Shown one piece after another: positions 17,995 through 26,954 of a stretch of DNA of 59,389 nucleotides. Within the stretch, counting starts at the first letter, position 1. The number at the start of each line of letters is the position of its first letter. A program made the translations under genes and the position numbers. The DNA is taken from the NCBI GenBank assembly GCA_964528975.1, contig CAZGVG010000002.1, positions 1 to 59,389 on the forward strand. The letters run 5' to 3'. The notes beneath the pieces are model-generated. The model was given only the letters and a program-made list of their open reading frames with translations. It did no database searches and was not told where the DNA came from. Source of the DNA: an uncultured Hyphomonas sp. GTDB taxonomy: Bacteria; Pseudomonadota; Alphaproteobacteria; Caulobacterales; Hyphomonadaceae.

Positions 17995-19368
17995 TTACTC
18001 CAGCAAAGGTGACCAGGCTGGATCAGAGGCGTCTGTTGGGGTTGGCAGTTGGCGGAGGTTGCGCCCGGTGAGGTCAACAGACCAGAGTTTTGGTGGTGCG
18101 CCTGGGGCACGCTCACGGAAAAATGTGATCACGCGGCCATTTGGCGACCAGTCTGGACCTTCATCAAGGTATGATTCGGTCAGTAAGCGCTCTCCGCTGC
18201 CATCGGTGCCGATGACGCCGATATGGAACTTGCCTTTCGATTGCTTGGTAAAGGCGATTAAGTCACCTCGTGGGCTCCAGACAGGTGTCGAATAGCGCCC
18301 TGATCCGAATGTAATCCGGCAGGCAACGTCGCGCCCGCCAGATGGGCAGGTGCGCGGCGTGCCATCTGTGTTCATGATATAAAGCTGTGGGCTACCGCCG
18401 CGATCAGAGTTGAACACAACCTGGCGCCCGTCTGGCGACATTGATGGCGATGTATCGATCGCAGGATTATCAGTGAGGCGCCGCGTTTCACGGGTCTGCA
18501 AATTCATCAGATACACATCTGAGTTGCCATCCGTCGCCTGGGTAAGCAGGACCGACCCGCCATCACGTGAGAAGCGCGGGGCAAATGTCATGCTCCGGAA
18601 ATTACCAAGCACTTCCTGCCGGGCCCGGCGAAGATCGTAGAGATAGACGCGCGGCAGACCGCCCTCGTAGGACATATAGGTGATCTTCTGCGCTTCGGGT
18701 GAGAAGCGCGGGGTAAGAACAGTGAAAGCGCCGCTTGTCAGGTATTTCACGTTCGCGCCGTCAGCGTCCATGATTGCAAGGCGCTTGACGCGCGCATTCT
18801 TGGGGCCCGTTTCACCGATATAGACGATACGCGTATCGAAATAGCCGCTCTCGCCGGTCAAACGGCTATAGATAGCGTCTGAAATCTTGTGCGCGATCCG
18901 GCGCAGATCCTCAGGCGTGGTTGTGAATCGGCGTCCAGAGACCTGACGGCCATTGGCATCTTCAAACCGCATCAGTTCTTCGCCGTAGACATCCCACATG
19001 CGAACCGAGCCGCGCAGAAGCTGATTGCCGTCCCGCGTGATCTGCTCAACCGTGCCGACGACAAGCGCGTCGGTCTTGATGATTTTCCAATCAGCGAAAC
19101 GAGGAGCCACTTCGATGTTTAGATCTTTCTGAATGAAAGCACTCTCGGGTGTTACAGCGAAAAGGCCGGTGGATTCCAGATCCGCGCGAACGATCGCACC
19201 AATCTCTGCTGCTGTGGCAGGATCGACGCCGATAGCTTCAAAATCCGGTATTGCGATTGGCGTAGGTTTGAACGTCCCGCGCCCAATGTTGACCTCAAGT
19301 TGTGCTGAGGCAATGGGCAGAAAAGCGGCCAGCCCCAAGCAGAGGGATGCAAGCAGTTTCTTTATCAT
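17995..19368 (-). CDS. tolB: Tol-Pal beta-propeller protein TolB
   Basis: PIAIPDF, RRIAHKISD, GYFDTRIVY, repeated P.(W/F)SPDG units. Confidence 0.96.
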   Translation of the reverse strand: MIKKLLASLCLGLAAFLPIASAQLEVNIGRGTFKPTPIAIPDFEAIGVDPATAAEIGAIVRADLESTGLFAVTPESAFIQKDLNIEVAPRFADWKIIKTDALVVGTVEQITRDGNQLLRGSVRMWDVYGEELMRFEDANGRQVSGRRFTTTPEDLRRIAHKISDAIYSRLTGESGYFDTRIVYIGETGPKNARVKRLAIMDADGANVKYLTSGAFTVLTPRFSPEAQKITYMSYEGGLPRVYLYDLRRARQEVLGNFRSMTFAPRFSRDGGSVLLTQATDGNSDVYLMNLQTRETRRLTDNPAIDTSPSMSPDGRQVVFNSDRGGSPQLYIMNTDGTPRTCPSGGRDVACRITFGSGRYSTPVWSPRGDLIAFTKQSKGKFHIGVIGTDGSGERLLTESYLDEGPDWSPNGRVITFFRERAPGAPPKLWSVDLTGRNLRQLPTPTDASDPAWSPLLE

Positions 19369-19391
19369 GGCAGGTCTCCTAACCCTTTTCA

Positions 19392-20306
19392 TCAGTCTGG
19401 CTCGAAAGCCAGTCCAAGATTGATGTTCATTTCACTCCAGTCCTCATAGTCATCCCGTGGGAGACGATAAGGGGCGCATTTATTGACGGCTCGTAGGGCT
19501 CTATCGACGGCTGTGCCCATGGGTGAGCTGCCAAGTGGGCGACGCTTGGGATCAACCAGACGCAAGTCTGCAATTGTACCGTTCTGATTAAGCTCCACTT
19601 TCATCCGAACATTGAGCCGTTCTGGATAAGGTAAATCATCGACCCCAGCCCAGCATTCCTTGACGCGGCTATAGATTAGAGCTTCCAACCGCGCCACATT
19701 AGCTGACCGCTCTCCTGCGCCTTGGCGATTGCGTGTTTCAGCTGGCTTGGGCGCATCTTTGAGAGCAGTTTTCGGCTTCTCTTCTGGCGGCTTGGGCTTT
19801 GGTTCTGGCTTCTTTCGCTGCGTCTCGATTTCACTTTTGAACGTGGTCTCACTCTGATTGAGGAAATCATTCAGCGGATTGGCTGGAGGGTTTGGAACTG
19901 GCTTAGGCTCTGGTTTCGGCTCTTCAGGCTTTTCTTCTTCCGGTTCTTCCGGTGTTTCCTCAGCATCCAAGTCGGGCATTAGCTCATCAGGGTCTTCTGG
20001 CTCTGTGGCTTGCTCTTCCGCATTGCTGACATCTTCTTCAGCTTCTTCAACATCTTCATCAACCGGATCGTCTTCGGGAACCTCTTCTTCCGGTTCTTCA
20101 GGCGCGGTCTCTTCTTCCGGCTCAGTTTCTTGCTGGATGAGGGGCGCAATATTGGTGATCTCACCAAGCTCGGCGAAATTGACATCGACAGCTTCGATTT
20201 CAGTGACATAGGTCCGGCCAGCACTGCCCCAATAGGGCCAGCTCACATAGGTCGCGCCCAAAAAGGCGGCATGTGCAATAATGGAGGCTGGTAGGCCGCG
20301 GATCAT
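19392..20306 (-). CDS. tolA: TolA-like cell envelope integrity protein
   Basis: N-terminal TM with S..AH, Glu/Pro-rich linker, C-terminal domain with ECW and ALRAVNKCAPY; between tolR and tolB. Confidence 0.85.
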   Translation of the reverse strand: MIRGLPASIIAHAAFLGATYVSWPYWGSAGRTYVTEIEAVDVNFAELGEITNIAPLIQQETEPEEETAPEEPEEEVPEDDPVDEDVEEAEEDVSNAEEQATEPEDPDELMPDLDAEETPEEPEEEKPEEPKPEPKPVPNPPANPLNDFLNQSETTFKSEIETQRKKPEPKPKPPEEKPKTALKDAPKPAETRNRQGAGERSANVARLEALIYSRVKECWAGVDDLPYPERLNVRMKVELNQNGTIADLRLVDPKRRPLGSSPMGTAVDRALRAVNKCAPYRLPRDDYEDWSEMNINLGLAFEPD

Positions 20307-20309
20307 CGG

Positions 20310-20756
20310 TTACTGACCTTCCTCAGCGCGGGCTTTAGGGTCAGTGACCAGCGCAATATTCGTGAAACCGGCATTCTTCATCTGGGTCATAACGTTCAGG
20401 ACCCCGCCATAAGAGGCATTCGTGTCACCCTGTAGAAAGATGCGTTCCTGATAGCCTTCCTCGGCAATCGCGAGGAGTTTTGAGGTCAGCTCTTCGATCT
20501 GGATTTCTGTTTCCGAGATGTAGACTTTCTGATCCTGGGTCACGGTCACCAGAAGCGGTGTCGTTTTCGGAACAGACAAGTTGCTGGTCGCAGCTTTGGG
20601 CAGGTTCACTTCAACGCCGCGCTGCATAGCTGTGGCCGTGATCATGAAAATGATCAGTAGCACAAGCATGACATCAACGAATGGCGTGACGTTGATCTCG
20701 GAGTTAAAGCTGCGCCGTCCTCGTCGTCCGCCGCCAGAGCCGACATTCATGCCCAT
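20310..20756 (-). CDS. tolR: TolR
   Basis: SEINVTPFVDVMLVLLIIFMI. Confidence 0.95.
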   Translation of the reverse strand: MGMNVGSGGGRRGRRSFNSEINVTPFVDVMLVLLIIFMITATAMQRGVEVNLPKAATSNLSVPKTTPLLVTVTQDQKVYISETEIQIEELTSKLLAIAEEGYQERIFLQGDTNASYGGVLNVMTQMKNAGFTNIALVTDPKARAEEGQ

Positions 20757-21460
20757 TATGCGCCTCCGTCACTGGCGCGGCGGGACAGGCGAACCAGCAA
20801 GTCCTGGCTAAATGCGTCCAGATTGTCTGCATAGCGGTTTAAGTCGCCTGAGAACTTGTTGTAAAAAATAACCGCCGGGATCGCTGCGACGAGGCCAAGA
20901 CCGGTCGCAAATAGCGCTTCCGCAATTGGGCCACCAACAACGGCAAGGCTTGTATCTTCCTGAGCACTGATATTCAGGAAAGCATTCATGATGCCCCAAA
21001 CGGTCCCAAACAGGCCAATAAAGGGAGAGGCAGAGCCAATCGTCGCCAGCGCGCCAAGCCCCTTGGACACACGTCCAACTTCACGGTCAGTTGTCGCGCG
21101 CAACGAACGCTCTGCCCGTGCAACGAGGGCGCTATGCTCACTAATGCTAACGCCCCGGGCGTCCCGCCATTCACGAGAGATAGAAGCAAAGAGGCGCGCC
21201 CCAGCATTATCGGGGGTCTGACCTGGCCGGATTTCATAATCATCCGCGCGGCCATTCCAGAAGGCATCTTCAAAGGCTTTGGCTTTCTTGCGCGCACTCC
21301 CGACTGAAAAAAGCTTCTCTGCCACAACAGCCCATGACCATATACTCGCTATAACCAGAGCAATCAGAACCAGCTTCACAACCGGATCGGCGTGCAGGAG
21401 AAGCTCCATCATCGAAAAGGTGTTTTCAGCGGTGACTTCGCCCAGCGCTTGAGATTCCAT
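20756..21460 (-). CDS. tolQ: TolQ
   Basis: LATIGSASPFIGLFGTVWGIMNAF, IAEALFAT, AIPAVIFYN. Confidence 0.95.
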   Translation of the reverse strand: MESQALGEVTAENTFSMMELLLHADPVVKLVLIALVIASIWSWAVVAEKLFSVGSARKKAKAFEDAFWNGRADDYEIRPGQTPDNAGARLFASISREWRDARGVSISEHSALVARAERSLRATTDREVGRVSKGLGALATIGSASPFIGLFGTVWGIMNAFLNISAQEDTSLAVVGGPIAEALFATGLGLVAAIPAVIFYNKFSGDLNRYADNLDAFSQDLLVRLSRRASDGGA

Positions 21461-21687
21461 ACTGTTTCCAATCCTTATGGTTTGCGCCTGTGGCAGCATC
21501 ATCAAAACCCAGTGTCACCTATCGGCAGAGAATCTGGCGGAAACGTGACAGAACCCGTACCGGCGACAGTTGCGACTGGCATGAAGCGCGAAGGTTAATA
21601 AAGTCTCGCCGCGTCAATGACCCTCTTTGTGACTGGTATCCAGGCTTGATCCTCTTAAGCTTGGTCTCAAATGCGGGAGGTATGATG

Positions 21688-22776
21688 ATGACAGAGTTTA
21701 CATTGTTCGGCAGTGAGATGAGCCTTTTCTCAGGTAAGGCGCGGGCTTACTTGCGTTGGAAAGGCGTCGATTTTGATGAGATTGCGCCGACACCAGAGGT
21801 CATGAAAACTGAAATCATCGCCAATATTGGTTGGCCCGTCATTCCTGTCTTGAAGACCTCCGGCGGCCATTATGTGCAGGACACAGCTGATATCATTGCC
21901 TATTTTGAGGATGAAGCCTCTGGTCCTACCGTTCTGCCAGAGACTCCGCTGCAACGCTTTGTCTCTTATCTTTTCCAATTATTTGCCGATGAGTGGTTGA
22001 CCTTGCCAGCCATGCATTACCGCTGGAACCATAATGAGGACTGGATTTACGGCGAGTTTGGCAAAAACGCTGCACCAGACGGCACACCCGAACAGCAATA
22101 TGAGGCGGGTAAAGCAGTTGGATCGCGCTTTAAGGGTTTTGTGCCCATGCTTGGGATCACACCTGAGACCGCGCCAGGCATTGAGAAAGCCTATGAGCAG
22201 TTCTTGGCGGATTTCTCAGACCATCTTGAAACCATGCCTTTCATTTTAGGAACGCGCGCCAGCTTTGCTGATTTTGCGCTGATTGGGCCGCTCTATGCGC
22301 ACCAGTATCGCGACAAGTATACCGGAGAGCATATGCGCCGCACAGCGCCCCGCGTTGCTGCCTGGGTGGAGCGTGTCGTAGCCGGGGAAGGGCGCGAGGG
22401 TGGTTTTGTCTCAAATGATGCTATTCCAGAGACCTTATTGCCAATCTTGCGCGTCGCCTTAACCGAACATCTTCCAGTCCTCAGAGCGACGAACAAACTT
22501 CTTGCAAAGTGGGCTGCGACGGCTGAACCGCAATCGGAGGTTCCTCGGGGATTTGAGATGATACCGTTCGAAACAGGGGGCCAAAAAGGTCAGATCGCGG
22601 CTCGAACTTTCTCTTTATTGCGCTTGCAGGACGCGCTTGATGCCTATGAGGATATGGCCCAAGACGATCAGAGCCGCGCCGATGCTTTACTCGATCAGAT
22701 CAATGGGGTTGATCTTAAAGCGATGCAGTTGGCGGCGCGTTTAACCCGGCGCAATTACAGGCTGGCGCTCGCCTAA
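21688..22776 (+). CDS. Glutathione S-transferase family protein
   Basis: SLFSGKARAYLRWK, VIPVL, QDTADII, FILGTRASFADFAL; GGAGG RBS. Confidence 0.82.
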   Translation: MTEFTLFGSEMSLFSGKARAYLRWKGVDFDEIAPTPEVMKTEIIANIGWPVIPVLKTSGGHYVQDTADIIAYFEDEASGPTVLPETPLQRFVSYLFQLFADEWLTLPAMHYRWNHNEDWIYGEFGKNAAPDGTPEQQYEAGKAVGSRFKGFVPMLGITPETAPGIEKAYEQFLADFSDHLETMPFILGTRASFADFALIGPLYAHQYRDKYTGEHMRRTAPRVAAWVERVVAGEGREGGFVSNDAIPETLLPILRVALTEHLPVLRATNKLLAKWAATAEPQSEVPRGFEMIPFETGGQKGQIAARTFSLLRLQDALDAYEDMAQDDQSRADALLDQINGVDLKAMQLAARLTRRNYRLALA

Positions 22777-22777
22777 G

Positions 22778-22810
22778 AAAAAAGCCCGAAGCGTCTGCTT
22801 CGGGCTTTCT
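22778..22810. terminator. Bidirectional Rho-independent terminator between convergent GST and peptidase genes
   Basis: AAAGCCCGAAGC-GTCT-GCTTCGGGCTTT perfect 12-bp stem with A/T tracts. Confidence 0.85.
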
Positions 22811-22831
22811 CAAACACGTCAGATGCTGAGT

Positions 22832-25039
22832 TTACTCCTCGTCTGCGGGGAATAAGCGGTCAGCGAGATAAGAAAACTCCAGAGCAGACCTCTTGGCGCG
22901 CTCTTTCTGGTTAGCGGCGGCCGAGTGCCCGCCATCAATATTCTCATAATAAAGAAACGGCTTTCCCGCATCTTCAAACAGTTTCGCCATCTTCCGGGCA
23001 TGGCCCGGGTGAACCCTATCATCCTTGGTGGATGTCACGAAGAGCGGCGTTGGATAGTCAGCACTGGCATCAAAATTTTGATACGGAGAGATCGTTTCAA
23101 GGAAAGCGCGCTCTTCCGGAATGTCCGGATTGCCATACTCATCAACCCATGAAGCACCCGCCAAAAGCTTGTGATAGCGCAGCATATCTAAAAGGGGTAC
23201 CTGAATGACAACAGCGTTCCAAAGGTCAGGGCGCTGCGTAATCATGACGCCCATGAGTAGCCCGCCATTCGAACCGCCCATAATCCCAAGATGCTCAGAA
23301 GAGGTGATCTCTTTGGCGATCAGGTCCTCACCAACAGCAATAAAGTCATCATAAATACGCTGGCGCTCGCCTTTTAGGCCCGCTTGGTGCCAAGCTGGCC
23401 CAAACTCGCCGCCGCCGCGAATATTGGCAAGGACATAAGCCCCGCCCTTTTCGAGCCACATCCGTCCAACGCCGCCGCTATAGCTTGGGCGCATGGAAAT
23501 CTCGAAACCGCCATAGCCATAAAGTAATGTTGGCGTTGAGCCATCGAGTGTGATGTCTTCACGATGGACCACAAAGTAAGGGATCGTTGTCCCGTCTGCA
23601 GAGGTGGTCTCCATTTGCTGAACGATTAAGCCGTCAGTGTCGAACTTTGCTGGCAGAGACTTCAAGCCCTGCGTGACATTGGTTTCAATATCATAGGACA
23701 GCAAACTATCGGGTGTCAGGAAGCCCTCATAATTAATGAACACTGCGTCCGATTTCTTATCGGCAAAAGCAATTCCAGCTTGTCCTTTGCCCGGCAGTGG
23801 AATTGAACTTGTCATCCAGGACCCGTCTTCACTTGGGTCAAGACGCAGGATTTTCCCTGCAACATTATCGTTGATCGACAGAAAAGCTGCGCCTTTGGCG
23901 ACAGAGACCCCGTTCACAGCCTGGCGTTCATTTGCACGGAAGACCAAGTCAACTTGCGGCAATTCCTTAGTATTGAGAAACTCCTGCAGATTGAAAGCGA
24001 CAAGGTCGCCTGTCTGGAAGGTTGTGTCGCCAACAGTCCAGTCTTCCTGGAGCGTCACAAACTGATAGCCCTTGTAATCAGCGCCAAGGCTAGACTTCTG
24101 TGGAACAGGAAACTTCACTGGTGTATCGCTGTTTAGCAGCCAGTAGGTGCTGGTAAAGAATGTATCAGCTTCAACGGCGCCATAAATCATGGTCCCGTCA
24201 TCAAGTTCTGAGGACCAGGGCCAAACGCCAACATCTGTCTTTTGTCCGGCATAAAGTTCCACCGCACTCTCAAGGGCTTCGCCGCGCTTCCAAAGGCGAA
24301 CGGAAGACGGGTACCCTGACTCAGTCAGCGTAGATCCATCGCTGCCCCAGTCAGTGCCGACCAGAACGGTGTCCTGATCAATCCAGGCCAGGCCTTGCTT
24401 AGCTTCGGTCGTGACAAAACCGCCTTCAACAAAAGCTTTTGTGCTCAGGTCAAACTCTCGATTGATAACAGCGTCTTTGCCGCCATCCGATAGGGAAACA
24501 AAGCAGAGGGTTTTGTCACTGCCCTGCGGTTTGAAACAATCACTGCCCTTAAAGACCCAATTCTTGTCCTCGTCGGCAGCAAGTTTGTCGAAATCAAGCA
24601 CTGTTTCCCATTCAGGGGTCGAGGTCTTATAGCTTTCAAGAGGTGTCCGGCGCCAGAGGCCCCGCGTGTTGGTTTCATCCTGCCAGAAATTATAAACCAT
24701 GCCATCGCGGATTGTGCCATATGGGATACGATCATTGGAGGTGGCTAATTCCAGCGCTTTGGCGAGATTATCATCATAGGCTGGATAGCTAGTAATGCTG
24801 GCCAGGGAGCGGTCATTCTGTGAGTTGACCCAGGCAAGTGCTTCTTCGCCCTCAACCTCCTCCATCCAGAGATAAGGATCAGAGCTGACTGCATCTGGCT
24901 TTACAGCTTCAGCTTCAACACTTGTATCTTGTTCTGTGGTCACATCAGCTTCCATTGGGGTCGTTGTGTCTGTATCTGGGGTCACAGCGCAGGCGGCGAG
25001 TAACACGCTCGCGGCGACTGCGGTCAGGCTTAAACGCAT
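22832..25039 (-). CDS. Prolyl oligopeptidase (S9A) family serine peptidase, lipoprotein
   Basis: Lipobox LAAC; DPYLWME, YGYGGF, NIRGGGEFG, GGSNGGLL, DDRVHP, GGH. Confidence 0.94.
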   Translation of the reverse strand: MRLSLTAVAASVLLAACAVTPDTDTTTPMEADVTTEQDTSVEAEAVKPDAVSSDPYLWMEEVEGEEALAWVNSQNDRSLASITSYPAYDDNLAKALELATSNDRIPYGTIRDGMVYNFWQDETNTRGLWRRTPLESYKTSTPEWETVLDFDKLAADEDKNWVFKGSDCFKPQGSDKTLCFVSLSDGGKDAVINREFDLSTKAFVEGGFVTTEAKQGLAWIDQDTVLVGTDWGSDGSTLTESGYPSSVRLWKRGEALESAVELYAGQKTDVGVWPWSSELDDGTMIYGAVEADTFFTSTYWLLNSDTPVKFPVPQKSSLGADYKGYQFVTLQEDWTVGDTTFQTGDLVAFNLQEFLNTKELPQVDLVFRANERQAVNGVSVAKGAAFLSINDNVAGKILRLDPSEDGSWMTSSIPLPGKGQAGIAFADKKSDAVFINYEGFLTPDSLLSYDIETNVTQGLKSLPAKFDTDGLIVQQMETTSADGTTIPYFVVHREDITLDGSTPTLLYGYGGFEISMRPSYSGGVGRMWLEKGGAYVLANIRGGGEFGPAWHQAGLKGERQRIYDDFIAVGEDLIAKEITSSEHLGIMGGSNGGLLMGVMITQRPDLWNAVVIQVPLLDMLRYHKLLAGASWVDEYGNPDIPEERAFLETISPYQNFDASADYPTPLFVTSTKDDRVHPGHARKMAKLFEDAGKPFLYYENIDGGHSAAANQKERAKRSALEFSYLADRLFPADEE

Positions 25040-25116
25040 AGCAATTCTCCTTGAATTGCCGAAAGGGTTAAGACCGGGCTTTGCGGTAGACAAGGTGTGT
25101 AGGCAATTTTTTGCCC

Positions 25117-26142
25117 TTAATCAGAAGCTTTTCCGGTTGATTGTCTTATAATCAAGTCAAAGTCGAAAATTTCTTCAACAGGTCCATCTTCATCGGAAGA
25201 CATCAAGCATTCTGCAGCCCGCCGCGCCATATCACTTACGGGTTGGCGAATAGTGGTGAGCGCGGGCCAAACCGCCGAGGCGAGGCGTGTATCGTCATAT
25301 CCTGCAACGGAAATATCGTTTGGGATATGTAATCCTGCAGCCATGAGGGCCGTCATGGCACCAACGGCCATATCATCATTGGCCGCGAAGACTGCAGTCG
25401 GTTTTGTGTCGCCGCTTATAAGATTGCGGGCGGCCTCAAGCCCTGAACGCAGCGAATAGTCGCCTTCTGCGATCAGGCTTGGCTCAACTTTCAGTCCAGC
25501 TTCGCGCATGGCATCCAGATAGCCCTCATGTCGCCCGGTTGAGGCATTATGACCTGCAGGGCCTGCAATAAAGGCGATACGTTTGTGACCAAGGGTTACC
25601 AGATGACGCACCATTTCCATCGCCGCTTGGCGGTCATCATGGCGCATAACGGAGGTGTTTTCAGGTTGGCGCGCGGGTGAGAGACTGGAATACGACGTTC
25701 CATTGTCTTTCAGCAAAGCCAGTATATCGAGATCATCGCAAAGCGGCGGGCTGAGCACCACACCATCAGCTCTCGACGTCATCAGGAAGCTTTGTAGTCG
25801 ATCCAGAAAATCAGGAGCGCTGCGATCTACTGGTTCCGGCAGGAGGAAATAGCCCTTGGCCCTGCATGCCTCATAGATTCCCGTATTTACGGCTGTGATG
25901 TATTCTGGAACTGGGTTGTCATGTAAATGTGCGATCAGGAAGGATCTTGCGCCGGCAAGGCTTCGGGCGGCCGGATTTGGCCGGTAGCCGAGTTCGCGCG
26001 CTGACTTCATGACTTGTTCGCGCTTGGCCGGGCGTACATTAGGTTCGTTGTTCAGAACGCGCGAAACAGTTTTGGCAGAGACGCCCGCTTTTTCGGCGAC
26101 GTCATCTATCGTGATTGCTCGCGGGGGGCGGGTGAGGCCCAT
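25117..26142 (-). CDS. LacI family transcriptional regulator
   Basis: TIDDVAEKAGVSAKTVSRVLN, LGYRPN, AANDDMA, DISVAGYDD, LTTIRQP. Confidence 0.95.
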   Translation of the reverse strand: MGLTRPPRAITIDDVAEKAGVSAKTVSRVLNNEPNVRPAKREQVMKSARELGYRPNPAARSLAGARSFLIAHLHDNPVPEYITAVNTGIYEACRAKGYFLLPEPVDRSAPDFLDRLQSFLMTSRADGVVLSPPLCDDLDILALLKDNGTSYSSLSPARQPENTSVMRHDDRQAAMEMVRHLVTLGHKRIAFIAGPAGHNASTGRHEGYLDAMREAGLKVEPSLIAEGDYSLRSGLEAARNLISGDTKPTAVFAANDDMAVGAMTALMAAGLHIPNDISVAGYDDTRLASAVWPALTTIRQPVSDMARRAAECLMSSDEDGPVEEIFDFDLIIRQSTGKASD

Positions 26143-26351
26143 TGGCAAATCTCCTCAGTTGATCTTTTGTTGCGCAATCTGTCTGAAAACGCAATCTGCA
26201 CGCGTGCAGATGAATAATTGGTATCGCCGCTGCATCCTATAACTCGAAGTAAACGAACGGGGCAGCTTCAAGCGGATGCAGAGCCAGCAGTATTCCAGCA
26301 AGAATCCCCAAACCTCCCCCATAAAAAACAGGCCACCTCAGGCTTGTGCAA

Positions 26352-26954
26352 CTAGTCTTCGGTTTGATCTGCTTTGAAAGCCCGCATCATGAAAAGCGGG
26401 ATTGATCCGCGCTCGGTCATCACCCAATCCAAAGGAATATCATGCGCCTCGGACGTAACCTCATCGACTTCCTGTCCCTGAAAGGCAAGACCGCAGACAA
26501 AAACCCGGCCTTTCTTTCGTAAGCGGCTAAGGGCGCGGTCATAATGTCCTTGGCCATAGCCGAGCCGATTACCGTTTTTATCATACGCCAGCAGCGGTGT
26601 TAGAACCAAGGTTGGCTCTACCTCCGGGACCTCATGAAACGGCTCAAGCAGACCGAACTTCCGCTTTTCGAGCGGGTCACCCCGCGTATAATGGCGATAG
26701 ATCATCGACCCATCATCCAGGACGCACGGCAGTGCCAATTTTGCGCCAGCACTGGTGAGCTTTGTCATCAGTGGTCGCGGGTCAATCTCACTCCCAATAG
26801 GCAGATAGACCGCTACTCTTGGTCCATAGCGCTCAAGGAGTTTCAGTGGAAACTTGTCAGCCAGCGTTTCGCCAGCATCTGGATCGCGCGCCGAAAGTTC
26901 GTCGCGAACGATTTTCATCTCGGCGCGGAGGATGTGTTTGCTTTCAGCGCTCAT
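26352..26954 (-). CDS. ygfA: 5-formyltetrahydrofolate cyclo-ligase
   Basis: YLPIGSEIDP, PLLAYD..GNRLGYGQGHYDR, HDIPLD. Confidence 0.93.
   Translation of the reverse strand: MSAESKHILRAEMKIVRDELSARDPDAGETLADKFPLKLLERYGPRVAVYLPIGSEIDPRPLMTKLTSAGAKLALPCVLDDGSMIYRHYTRGDPLEKRKFGLLEPFHEVPEVEPTLVLTPLLAYDKNGNRLGYGQGHYDRALSRLRKKGRVFVCGLAFQGQEVDEVTSEAHDIPLDWVMTERGSIPLFMMRAFKADQTED

Noticed and set aside
19780-20130. Repeat array or mobile element in the tcttc-rich region
   Set aside because: Explained by Glu/Pro/Lys codons of the TolA linker; no fixed-length repeat-spacer pattern.
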